A stretch of 30,118 nucleotides of DNA from Candidatus Nanohaloarchaea archaeon (GTDB taxonomy: Archaea; Nanohalarchaeota; Nanosalinia; Nanosalinales; Nanosalinaceae): the NCBI GenBank assembly GCA_041639695.1, contig JBEQBQ010000014.1, forward strand, positions 1 through 30,118, given 5' to 3'. Under the pieces are notes generated by a model. The model was not told the origin of the DNA, did not search any database, and was given only the letters and a program-made list of their open reading frames with translations. The first letter of the stretch is position 1, and each line of letters begins with the position of its first letter. Positions 8,231-16,699 of the stretch are shown here, in pieces. A program made the position numbers and the translations under genes.

Positions 8231-8999
8231 CTTTACCACCGAATGATCCAAGGACTTTAACCTCGGCGTAAGTTTCCAGACATTTTTTCGTGTTCTCGAA
8301 TTTCTCGGAGTTCTGGTCGGCCTCCGCCTCTATATAGAAGAAGTAGTTTCCAAGACCGTCTTTAGTCGGCCTTGACTGGATGTACGCCAGGTTGATCCCG
8401 TGTCCAGAAAAACAGGACAGCATCGAACCTAGTAGTCCGGGACGGTCCTCTCCCGGTTCTACGATTACAGAGGTTTTAGATCCCTCAGTTTGCTCTCCGT
8501 TAATTATGAAAAACCGTGTTGTATTTGATTCACGGTCCTGAACGCTTTCCTCAAGTATATTTAAATTGTTCAGTTCTGCTGCAAGCCTTGAGCAGATCGC
8601 GGCTTCGCCCTCTTCTATCTCTTCAGCTGCTTTAGCAGTACTAGATGATTCTTTCCTTTCCCACCCATTTTCTTCAATTATCTTTTTTGATTGAGCTAGT
8701 GCCTGCGGGTGCGAACGAACGACCTCAATATTATCCATTTTGTTTTCTTTAGAGGTCAGGACATGATCTATCTCTACTTTTACTTGTCCTGTAACATTCA
8801 CATCTTTCTCTCTCAATAGATCGATAGACTCAGTTACTCCGCCGCCGAGAGAGTTTTCAAAAGGTATAACTGCAGCTTCCGCCTTCGATTCAACCGCCTC
8901 AGTTATAGTTGAGACAGGCAGAGGTTCGTATTCTGAGAAGTATTTTTCCGCGGCCTGATGAGTGTACGTGCCTTCAGGGCCCAGGAAAGCAACCTTCAT
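8223..8999 (-). CDS. pheA: Prephenate dehydratase with C-terminal ACT domain
   Basis: VAFLGPEGTYTHQAA, PFENSLGG, SHPQALAQ, NTTRF, ACT DRPGLL...INLAYIQSRP. Confidence 0.95.
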   Translation of the reverse strand: MKVAFLGPEGTYTHQAAEKYFSEYEPLPVSTITEAVESKAEAAVIPFENSLGGGVTESIDLLREKDVNVTGQVKVEIDHVLTSKENKMDNIEVVRSHPQALAQSKKIIEENGWERKESSSTAKAAEEIEEGEAAICSRLAAELNNLNILEESVQDRESNTTRFFIINGEQTEGSKTSVIVEPGEDRPGLLGSMLSCFSGHGINLAYIQSRPTKDGLGNYFFYIEAEADQNSEKFENTKKCLETYAEVKVLGSFGGKDA

Positions 9000-9268
9000 T
9001 ATTTTTTGTCCTCTTTCTGGAGCTGGACAGCTGTTTCTATAAGGAGTTCAGCTAGTTCACGGCCTTTTTCTCGCGGAAGATCTTCTTTGTCGAACAGTTT
9101 CTCGAACTGGTCTTTAACCACTTCTTCACGTCCTTCATCTTTGATTTCCATGCCGTTCTGTTTCTTGTATTCGCCGATCTCCTCCACAACGTTCATCCTT
9201 CGGGAGACTGCGTCAACAATCTCGGCGTTGACCCTGTCGATCTCCTTACGGTAGTCCTCGAGATCCAT
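8999..9268 (-). CDS. Chorismate mutase type II (AroQ class)
   Basis: LEDYRKEIDRVNAEIV...RRMNVVEEIGEYKK...DEGREEVV pattern; TAATG coupling to pheA; TTTATAAA at 9293-9300 about 25 nt upstream. Confidence 0.92.
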   Translation of the reverse strand: MDLEDYRKEIDRVNAEIVDAVSRRMNVVEEIGEYKKQNGMEIKDEGREEVVKDQFEKLFDKEDLPREKGRELAELLIETAVQLQKEDKK

Positions 9269-9308
9269 GTAACTGAATCACTCTTGAAGTGTTTTATAAA
9301 TGGCGGAT

Positions 9309-9896
9309 TCAGGGCGTTGTAAACCGCCCCATGTAAGAGTCCCTGTTTTCAGATTCTACCTCACTTGTCTCGACGCTCCGGGAACCATCATAACTAGGGA
9401 ACCCGCCGTCCGCTAAAACTGCTTTTTCAGGCTCCTCAACCTCCGATACGTTCCAGGAAGACTTCTCTCCATACTCTCTGCCGAGCCCCTGTCTTGCTTC
9501 AAAAACTGTATCTCTGACAGCTGAACGTTCTCCTGCAATAACTACATCGCCATCATCAAACTCGAAGACCTCTACATCTCCTTCTGCCGCGTTAACAGCC
9601 TTATCGTACCCGGAGTCAAAGGCTCTCTGATAGCCAAATCTGCCCTGAAAAACTCTGGGAAACGCTGCCCGGAAGCCTTCGATTCCCGCACCCTGGTCGT
9701 AAACTTCCACATCGTCCTCGTACTCTACAACCTTTATCCTGCCGTTGTCGCTGTTGACATGGATATCTCTTCCATCCGCGTCACCGGGATAGTTCCAGGA
9801 GTTCGCTGTTTCAACGATCTCTTCCTCAAACTCTTCAGGCATCTCTATTTCCTTTCCAGCCTCTGTGGGCTGAAAGTCAAATCCTGTCGTAGACAT
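9309..9896 (-). CDS. Hypothetical acidic protein with ADGG motif (195 aa)
   Basis: TAATG coupling to 9896..10351; acidic; KAVLADGGFPSYD near the C-terminus. Confidence 0.75.
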   Translation of the reverse strand: MSTTGFDFQPTEAGKEIEMPEEFEEEIVETANSWNYPGDADGRDIHVNSDNGRIKVVEYEDDVEVYDQGAGIEGFRAAFPRVFQGRFGYQRAFDSGYDKAVNAAEGDVEVFEFDDGDVVIAGERSAVRDTVFEARQGLGREYGEKSSWNVSEVEEPEKAVLADGGFPSYDGSRSVETSEVESENRDSYMGRFTTP

Positions 9897-10351
9897 TACT
9901 CCATCACCGGATAGCCGTCACTTTCATCGAAGCTGTTAGGTTTGTATATTTCGCCGTTGAACCAGCGCTCGATCTGTTTCGACTGCTGAGGATGGACAAC
10001 GCTTTCAACAACATCATCGACAAACTCGGAGGTTTCATCATAGATCCGGTCGACCGCCGACTCTATATCCATCATCTCGTCGGTTCCGAAGGCGTACTCG
10101 CCCGGGATAGGTGCATCGCTGCCTTCGACAAATCTTTCGCCGGGAACTTCTACCGTTTCAAAGAACTCGACGTAGTTCTCTGAAGGTCTCTCTTGTTTGC
10201 CGACCATTTCGTCCCACCAGGTTCGGCGGTTTGAAGGATCAACATCGTAGGGATTTGAAGGATGCCCTTCAATATCCGGTATGTCGGAACGGGCTTTACC
10301 GAAGATTGCTTCTTCAGTAGACGTGGAAGCCTCCTGTCCTTCTCCGTACAT
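9896..10351 (-). CDS. Hypothetical acidic protein (151 aa)
   Basis: GAGAGGGT SD-like site upstream; starts 1 nt after the leader ORF stop; acidic. Confidence 0.75.
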   Translation of the reverse strand: MYGEGQEASTSTEEAIFGKARSDIPDIEGHPSNPYDVDPSNRRTWWDEMVGKQERPSENYVEFFETVEVPGERFVEGSDAPIPGEYAFGTDEMMDIESAVDRIYDETSEFVDDVVESVVHPQQSKQIERWFNGEIYKPNSFDESDGYPVME

Positions 10352-10352
10352 C

Positions 10353-10430
10353 TTACTCTACCCTCTCAAAGACGTTTTGTTCAGATTTTCTGGTCGTGTC
10401 GTGCGTTGTGTGGTGTGTGTTGTGTGTCAT
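10353..10430 (-). CDS. Putative Thr/His-rich leader peptide MTHNTHHTTHDTTRKSEQNVFERVE (25 aa)
   Basis: Hand translation. GTGAT upstream; TAA-G-ATG junction with the next gene; positional paralog of 3434..3508. Confidence 0.55.
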   Translation of the reverse strand: MTHNTHHTTHDTTRKSEQNVFERVE

Positions 10431-10494
10431 GTTGTATCACGAATAGGAAATGGCTTTTTCTCCGGTTTTACCGTGAGAAAAGCTCTTTTGAAGT

Positions 10495-10632
10495 TTACAG
10501 CAGAAGCAGTAGCAGCAGAAGTAGCAGTGAAATTGAAGATAATACGAAGTCAGTAGAAAGCGAAATTTTAGTTGAAAAGGTCTGCGAGAAAGCTGGGGCT
10601 CCGCCTATCTTAACGTTGCAGAACCCGTCCAC
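10495..10632 (-). CDS. Putative micro-ORF (GTG) MDGFCNVKIGGAPAFSQTFSTKISLSTDFVLSSISLLLLLLLLLL (45 aa)
   Basis: Starts in the AGG-GTG-GAC motif; ends in 10 consecutive CTN Leu codons followed by TAA; paralog of 3541..3663. Confidence 0.45.
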   Translation of the reverse strand: MDGFCNVKIGGAPAFSQTFSTKISLSTDFVLSSISLLLLLLLLLL

Positions 10633-10676
10633 CCTGAGTTGCGGACATCATCGTAGTTGGATTTTAAACAACAGAA

Positions 10677-10684
10677 TTTATAAA
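10677..10684 (-). promoter_or_regulatory. TATA box for cassette B
   Basis: TTTATAAA about 26 nt upstream of the ATG at 10651, the same spacing as in cassette A. Confidence 0.5.
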
Positions 10685-10739
10685 CGATATGTCTTTCTCT
10701 GTTCTAGGAACATTAATCGAAATTCAATCAGTTTATTGT

Positions 10740-11429
10740 CTATAATAGCCTATTAGTCTCTGCATCGACAAGACCGTCGTCGGTTATCTTGAAGTCGACC
10801 GATTTTCCTTCAGGCATCGATCGGTGTTTCTCTATCTCCATTCTTCGAATTCCCTGTTCGACCGTTGAAAGCTTCAGTAAACATTTTGACCAGTAACGCG
10901 GAACATCACGTCCAACAAGTTCAAGGTTGTCCTCGTCGAAGGATGTGTAGACCTGGTTCGTTACCAGTATAGGAATTTCTTCTTTGCGTGCAATCTTCGA
11001 TAATTGAGATAGAAGCTTCGAAAGCGTCTGGTTAACTTCCTGTACTTTGTCGCCTGTTGCCTGCAATCGGTAGAGCGATACCAGCGAATCGATCACGATA
11101 ACCTCGGGGTTGTGTTTTTCAACTATTGATTCGAGGGACATTATTGCGTCTACCTGTTCTTCGAACGTAACCGGTTCGTTTACAACTATGTTTTCCAGTG
11201 CTTCATCCGACGCGATCTGTGTAAATCTTTCGGGACTGAATCCTTTCTCTGTATCGATATAAACGGCTTTATCTCCGTTTTCGCAGACGTTTGCTGCTAC
11301 TTGTATGCAGAAGTTGGTTTTTCCTGAGCCGGATTCGCCGAATACGTTGGTGACGATTCCGCGCTCGATCCCCCCTTCTAGGAACGAGTCAATAGGCTCG
11401 CTCCCCGTTTCGAGCCTTTCAACTTTCAC
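10740..11429 (-). CDS. radB: DNA repair and recombination protein RadB
   Basis: Short RecA-family ATPase lacking the RadA N-domain: GESGSGKT, YIDTE, VIDS, VTNQVY and the RadB-specific KHR motif (EKHRS). GTG at 11429 is the likely start. Confidence 0.92.
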   Translation of the reverse strand: MKVERLETGSEPIDSFLEGGIERGIVTNVFGESGSGKTNFCIQVAANVCENGDKAVYIDTEKGFSPERFTQIASDEALENIVVNEPVTFEEQVDAIMSLESIVEKHNPEVIVIDSLVSLYRLQATGDKVQEVNQTLSKLLSQLSKIARKEEIPILVTNQVYTSFDEDNLELVGRDVPRYWSKCLLKLSTVEQGIRRMEIEKHRSMPEGKSVDFKITDDGLVDAETNRLL

Positions 11430-11533
11430 AGTACAGAGTTCTATCAAAAGCTTTTATCGTTGTCCGATGGCAAACATGTTTTTTACTGACGTCAACAAAA
11501 AACCGTTTAAATGTTGACCCTAATTGTAGCCTT

Positions 11534-11881
11534 ATGTCCGAGAAGGAAGCCGACCTACTAACATACAACACTCTGAAGGACCGTTTCGACTCAGTATACG
11601 AACGGAACAAGTTCTACAGAGGTCTATTCGGCTACAAACAGACCGTGAAGAAGAACGGCAAGAAGTATGAATACGAGAAGGACGGCCTGATGGACGAAAT
11701 ACCTAATGCAAGGATCGATGACTCAGTGTTTATAATCGCGAAGAAGAACACTGAAAGTGTGGTCGAATACTTCCAGGACTGGGGCAACAAGGTGTCCCAC
11801 CACGTCTTCACAGTACTGGTAGAAGACGAGGAAATAATCCAGCAGATCAAAGGTGATACTCATGACAGACAACGAAGATGA
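11534..11881 (+). CDS. Small hypothetical protein, possible Cas2/VapD-like ferredoxin fold
   Basis: TTTAAAT about 25 nt upstream; pattern LLTYN...[11 protein letters not shown]...RIDDSVFII; 3' end overlaps cdc48. Confidence 0.7.
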   Translation: MSEKEADLLTYNTLKDRFDSVYERNKFYRGLFGYKQTVKKNGKKYEYEKDGLMDEIPNARIDDSVFIIAKKNTESVVEYFQDWGNKVSHHVFTVLVEDEEIIQQIKGDTHDRQRR

Positions 11882-14150
11882 TAACGTAAAACTACGTGTA
11901 GGAGAAGTGCCGCCAAACGCCCAACAAGACATAGGAAGAGGAATCGTCAGAATCGATTCCAAGGTAATGGACGAACTCGGCGTAACCGAAGGCGACGCAG
12001 TATCAATAAAAGACGGTAGAAAAACAGTAGGAAGAGTAGCAAGAAGCTATCCCGCAGATAAAGGACTCGGAATTGCGAGAATGGACGGCTACATGAGGAA
12101 AAACGCTGGAACCTCACTAGGGCAGAAAGTAGATGTTTCTAAGGCTGAACTCGAAGAAGCAGATAAAATTACACTTGCGCCTGCCGAAGAAGGCGTAATG
12201 ATCCAAGTAAACAATCCTGATATATTCAAAAAAGCCCTTCTAGGACGCGCCGTGATGAAAGGCGACATAGTAGTTCCCGGAGAACCAAGCGACAGAAGAA
12301 AGTCTCTTTTCGACGAGTTCTCCCACGCATTTGACATGGACACAGACCACTTCAAGTTCTCATTCGGACAGGACACCAAGCTTGCAGTGGTCTCTACTAA
12401 ACCTAAAGGAGCTGTCAAGATAACAGAAAAAACGGAGATCGAAGTGAAACAGCAAGCAGTAGAATCAACCGACCAACAGGAAGTAAGAGTGCCTGAAGTA
12501 ACTTATGAAGACATCGGAGGACTCGAAGAAGAAATCCAACAGGTAAGAGAAATGATCGAACTCCCTCTAAAGCATCCTGAAGTATTCCAGCAGTTAGGTA
12601 TCGATGCACCTTCAGGAGTACTGCTTCACGGCCCTCCCGGCACAGGGAAGACGTTGCTAGCGAAAGCAGTCGCCAACGAAGCCGACGCAACCTTCATGTC
12701 CATCAACGGCCCGGAGATCATGTCAAAATACTACGGCGAATCCGAAAAACAGCTAAGAGAAAAATTCGAGGAAGCACAGGACAACGCTCCAGCCATAATC
12801 TTTATCGACGAAATCGATGCCATCGCATCCAAACGTTCAGAAGTAGGTGGAGAAGTAGAGAGAAGAGTCGTCGCACAGCTCCTAAGCTTAATGGACGGTC
12901 TTGAAGAACGTGAAAACGTTATTGTAATCGCCGCAACCAACCGTGTCGATGCGGTTGACGAAGCACTTAGAAGAGGAGGGAGATTCGACAGAGAGATAGA
13001 GATCGGTGTACCGAACAGGGAAGGAAGAAAGGAGATCATGCAGATCCACACAAGAAACATGCCTCTAACAGAAAACGTTGATCTAAGTGAGTTAGCGGAG
13101 AACACTCACGGATACGTTGGCGCAGATCTAGAAGCGGTCGCGAAGGAAGCCGCGATGTCCGTACTTCGAAATGTATTACCCGAGATAGATCTTGATGAAG
13201 AGATACCGAGCGAGGTAATGGAGAAACTTGTTGTAGACCGTGATGCGATGCTTGAAGGAATCAGAAAGGTTCAACCTTCAGCGATGCGAGAAGTCATGGT
13301 CGAAATCCCCTCAGTTACATGGAACGATGTCGGAGGACTTGAAGAAACCAAAGAAAACCTGAGAGAGATGGTTGAATGGCCTCAGAAGTACCCTGAACGT
13401 TTTGAGAAGATGGGGATAGAGGTTCCAAAAGGCATCCTACTCTATGGATTGCCCGGAACAGGAAAAACTCTCTTAGCTAAAGCAGTGGCGAACGAAGCTA
13501 ATGCCAACTTTATCTCGATCAAAGGACCTGAGATCTTCTCCAAATACGTCGGGGAATCCGAGGAAGCTGTCAGAGAGGTTTTCCAGAAAGCCCGGCAAGT
13601 CGCGCCTTGTATCCTGTTCATCGACGAGATAGACTCAATTGCGACAAAGAGGGGTTCGAGAAGCGACTCCGGTGTAGGAGACCGAGTTGTCAATCAGCTA
13701 CTTACCGAACTGGACGGAATAGAGAACCTTGAAGGGGTTACAGTTATAGCGGCCACGAACAGGCCGGATCTTATTGACCCTGCCATCCTGAGACCTGGAA
13801 GAATCGATAGAAATATAGAGGTAGAAGTACCGGATCTGGAAGCGAGAAGGAGAATTCTCGAGGTCCATTCGGGCGACATGCCTCTCTCAGATGACGTGGA
13901 TCTAGATGAGCTTGCCGAAAAGCTTGAAGGATATGTCGGAAGCGACATCGAGTCCCTGGCAAGAGAGGCCGGCATGAAAGCTCTTCGTGAGGACACAGAG
14001 TCAGAAGAGGTCAAGATGAAGCATTTTGAGGAGGCGCTGGACGAAACCAGTCCTACAGCCACCGAGGAAAACATGGAGCACTACAAGGCGATGATGAAGA
14101 AGATGGACAAGGTCGAGGAACCTGATGACGGTCCGGACTACTACGCCTAA
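11862..14150 (+). CDS. cdc48: CDC48/VAT/p97-family AAA+ ATPase
   Basis: N-domain ([10 protein letters not shown]), two AAA modules (GPPGTGKT / [19 protein letters not shown]...RGGRFDR / RPGRIDR), C-terminal HbYX (YYA); SD AGGTGA at 11851-11856. Confidence 0.97.
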   Translation: MTDNEDDNVKLRVGEVPPNAQQDIGRGIVRIDSKVMDELGVTEGDAVSIKDGRKTVGRVARSYPADKGLGIARMDGYMRKNAGTSLGQKVDVSKAELEEADKITLAPAEEGVMIQVNNPDIFKKALLGRAVMKGDIVVPGEPSDRRKSLFDEFSHAFDMDTDHFKFSFGQDTKLAVVSTKPKGAVKITEKTEIEVKQQAVESTDQQEVRVPEVTYEDIGGLEEEIQQVREMIELPLKHPEVFQQLGIDAPSGVLLHGPPGTGKTLLAKAVANEADATFMSINGPEIMSKYYGESEKQLREKFEEAQDNAPAIIFIDEIDAIASKRSEVGGEVERRVVAQLLSLMDGLEERENVIVIAATNRVDAVDEALRRGGRFDREIEIGVPNREGRKEIMQIHTRNMPLTENVDLSELAENTHGYVGADLEAVAKEAAMSVLRNVLPEIDLDEEIPSEVMEKLVVDRDAMLEGIRKVQPSAMREVMVEIPSVTWNDVGGLEETKENLREMVEWPQKYPERFEKMGIEVPKGILLYGLPGTGKTLLAKAVANEANANFISIKGPEIFSKYVGESEEAVREVFQKARQVAPCILFIDEIDSIATKRGSRSDSGVGDRVVNQLLTELDGIENLEGVTVIAATNRPDLIDPAILRPGRIDRNIEVEVPDLEARRRILEVHSGDMPLSDDVDLDELAEKLEGYVGSDIESLAREAGMKALREDTESEEVKMKHFEEALDETSPTATEENMEHYKAMMKKMDKVEEPDDGPDYYA

Positions 14151-14152
14151 AA

Positions 14153-14176
14153 ACCTCTCTTTTTTCTCTTTAATTT
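14153..14176 (+). terminator. Oligo-U terminator after cdc48
   Basis: CCTCTCTTTTTTCTCTTTAATTT directly after the stop. Confidence 0.55.
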
Positions 14177-14227
14177 CGGACCGGCAACCAAGTGGTATAA
14201 TAAACGGTTCAATAAAATTGTTTGAAC

Positions 14228-15214
14228 ATGACAGACGAGTTCAAGTGTGAGGAGTGCGGCGATTCTTTCGACTCCGAGAGAGGGCTTAAAGTTCACGCAG
14301 CCCAGATGCACAACGAAGAAACTTCAGAAGACTCTAAAAACGTAGATACTTCTACTGAACAAACTCAAACAAATCCTAAATCAAAGATCTCTATCTCTAC
14401 CAAAAACTTTGCATCCGGTATATTCATTCTTGGATTAGCACTAGGATTTATAGGCGGAATCTATGCTCCTGTCCCGGGAAATGCTGCGGAGTCACTGCAA
14501 CTAACAGGAGATACTGCGCCAAGTCCAGAATCTGATGATTCTCAGAACGCTGATCCTAATACTGGTTCGGAGGTGGTAAGTCTCGAACAGACAAAGTATC
14601 CTTACGGCGACCTTAACTATGGTGTAGGCTCCGGTATGATAACCAAGGGCAACAAGACCTTTGATGTAGAAGGAGAGCCTTATATTGGAAGCGAAGATGC
14701 CGAAGTAAGTATGGTTGCATTCGAGGACTTTGAATGTCCTTTCTGCAACCGTTTCAACAACAACGCGTTCCCTCAGATAAAGGACAACCACGTTAAGAAC
14801 GGCGAAGCACGTTATTACTGGAAAAACTTCGCTCTAACAAGGCTTCACCCTTGGGCAGAATCTGCAGGAGTTGCTGCAGAATGCGCATTAAACCAAGATG
14901 CTGCAGCTTTCTGGACCTACAAGAACGGGTTCTTCAACAACCAAGACGCCTTGAAAAACGTCTATAAATCCGATCAGGCGAAATTCGATCAGTCCATGAA
15001 GAAGTGGGCCTCACAGATCGGAATTGACACGAAGAAGTTCAACCAGTGCTACGACAACCAAGAGGAGCTTGACGAAGTCCAAGAAGACCAGCAACAAGGA
15101 TCCGAACTTGGAGTAAGTGGAACACCTACCGTGTTCGTTAACGACCGGAAGCTTGTTGGCGCTCAGCCGTACTCCAAGTACAAGTCGGCGATCAGCTCAG
15201 AACTAGGACAGTGA
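14228..15214 (+). CDS. Membrane-anchored DsbA/thioredoxin-fold oxidoreductase with N-terminal C2H2 zinc finger
   Basis: CEECGDSFDSERGLKVHAAQMH; TM helix FASGIFILGLALGFIGGIY; FEDFECPFC active site; GVSGTPT cis-Pro loop; GAQPY. Confidence 0.9.
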   Translation: MTDEFKCEECGDSFDSERGLKVHAAQMHNEETSEDSKNVDTSTEQTQTNPKSKISISTKNFASGIFILGLALGFIGGIYAPVPGNAAESLQLTGDTAPSPESDDSQNADPNTGSEVVSLEQTKYPYGDLNYGVGSGMITKGNKTFDVEGEPYIGSEDAEVSMVAFEDFECPFCNRFNNNAFPQIKDNHVKNGEARYYWKNFALTRLHPWAESAGVAAECALNQDAAAFWTYKNGFFNNQDALKNVYKSDQAKFDQSMKKWASQIGIDTKKFNQCYDNQEELDEVQEDQQQGSELGVSGTPTVFVNDRKLVGAQPYSKYKSAISSELGQ

Positions 15215-15717
15215 TCAAAGAAAAAACTGGAAGAATCAGAGAGGCTTTCAGAGCAAGCGCGAGAACAAGGAAAAAAGCGCTTGCAACCCTCCTCTCCATA
15301 ATTACTATCTTCTCACTTATGGTATTAAGCGCACGACCTGTCTACTCGTACCAGATGATAAATTCGGGTCCTCAGAACATCCTGATAGCAGTAAAGGACC
15401 TTTACCTTTACAACACTCCCGGAAGCCTTAGTATGATACTTACAGCTGTTTACTCTATTCTTGGAGGCATCACCTTCGTAACAGCCTACCTACAGCTGAA
15501 GGCCCAAGGCCTAAACCTGAAAGGTATCTCGAGCGTAGCCCCTGGTTTTCTGGTAAGTGGCTGTGCGGGTTGCGGGGTCGGCATAATAGGCCTGATGGGT
15601 TTTACAGGCGCACTCGCAGCCCTGCCTTTCGGCGGCAATCTTGTCATGTTAGGCGGTATAGCACTTCTTCTGCTCTACCTCATTAGAACCGGCAATCCAG
15701 AAACTTGCGATATATAA
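15211..15717 (+). CDS. Polytopic membrane protein with CxxC motif (SGCAGCG)
   Basis: About 4 hydrophobic segments; GTGA overlap with the DsbA-like gene; CAGC motif plus a C-terminal Cys. Confidence 0.8.
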   Translation: MIKEKTGRIREAFRASARTRKKALATLLSIITIFSLMVLSARPVYSYQMINSGPQNILIAVKDLYLYNTPGSLSMILTAVYSILGGITFVTAYLQLKAQGLNLKGISSVAPGFLVSGCAGCGVGIIGLMGFTGALAALPFGGNLVMLGGIALLLLYLIRTGNPETCDI

Positions 15718-16608
15718 TTAGCGACGGGTTGTGACGATGTTCTCGCCATCATCCGCCCCTACAAGAACTGTATGCTCTGCCTGAGCCACGATAGAACCTT
15801 CACGATCCTTCAAAACATCGTAAGACTTAACCACACCTTGCTGAACCAGTTTATTTAAAGCCATTTTGTACCGACCGCCATAATTTTTAAGCCACCGGGA
15901 AGTAAACGGCAGACCGTTAAAATCCTTTATTTCCCCCATAAGCTTTCTTTCAGCTCTACCTCTGACGCTTCTGTTTGATTCAAGCATGTAGATATTGCCA
16001 GGTTTACCGTTCATCATTTTACCTGAACCTGTTGAAATGAAAGGTTCAATAGCCACAGCATCCCCTTTTTTGAATTCGTGAGTGGAGGCATTATCACAGT
16101 TCGGAACGGAAACTCCCGCATGCTGCGTATAACGATCGAGATAATGTCCTGTAAGATTTGTAACCACATTATATTCGTCAGGTACCTGTTTTTCTACATG
16201 TCTGCCGAACTCTCCAATAGTCTTACCCGGTTCAACGAAGTCCAAAGCGCTTTCAAGAACCTCTTCCACCGTATCTATTATCTCCTGATGTTTACCGGAC
16301 GGGTTAACTGTTAAGGCCGTGTCAGCTATAAAACCATCCGAATGAGCTCCTATATCTATCTTAAGCACATCATCAGACCTTAATTTTCTGTCTCCGCCCG
16401 GAGGAGGTGTATAATGCGCTGCCTGTTCATTAATCGATAGATTTACCGGGAAGGCAGGTTCTAGACCTTCGCCCCTTATAGATTTTTCAACCTTCTCTGC
16501 TATATCAGCTAGCTTAACGCCCGGTTCTGCCTGCTCTCTGGCTATCTTTCTTGCTTTCTGAACTGTCTTCCCAGATTGGATATAACTATCTTTTTCTGAC
16601 TGATCCAT
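15718..16608 (-). CDS. map: Methionine aminopeptidase type II
   Basis: AFPVNLSINEQAAHYTP, KIDIGAHSDGFIADTA, NLTGH, AIEPF, AQAEHT. The ATG at 16608 gives a typical length of 296 aa. Confidence 0.95.
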   Translation of the reverse strand: MDQSEKDSYIQSGKTVQKARKIAREQAEPGVKLADIAEKVEKSIRGEGLEPAFPVNLSINEQAAHYTPPPGGDRKLRSDDVLKIDIGAHSDGFIADTALTVNPSGKHQEIIDTVEEVLESALDFVEPGKTIGEFGRHVEKQVPDEYNVVTNLTGHYLDRYTQHAGVSVPNCDNASTHEFKKGDAVAIEPFISTGSGKMMNGKPGNIYMLESNRSVRGRAERKLMGEIKDFNGLPFTSRWLKNYGGRYKMALNKLVQQGVVKSYDVLKDREGSIVAQAEHTVLVGADDGENIVTTRR

Positions 16609-16699
16609 GGTGTTGTCGGGCATGAAGAACGTTAAAACTCCTTCGGAGACCTTACCAAAATTCGTTTTCTTTATATTCAATCTCTGTTATGCACATATT

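Noticed and set aside
10262-10756. Plus-strand ORFs 10262..10756 and 10281..10556
   Set aside because: Basic, Cys/Val-rich low-complexity translations unlike this acidic proteome; they are antisense to the cassette B leader, and the equivalent frame in cassette A has a stop.
11862-14150. Intein or unusual insertion in cdc48 (also checked topA and radB)
   Set aside because: Lengths are ordinary for the families and no intein splice motifs are visible.
16607-16699. N-terminal extensions of the coiled-coil ORF (from 16607) and of map (to 16680)
   Set aside because: They overlap each other across a divergent promoter; TATA spacing and family length favour starts at 16700 and 16608.
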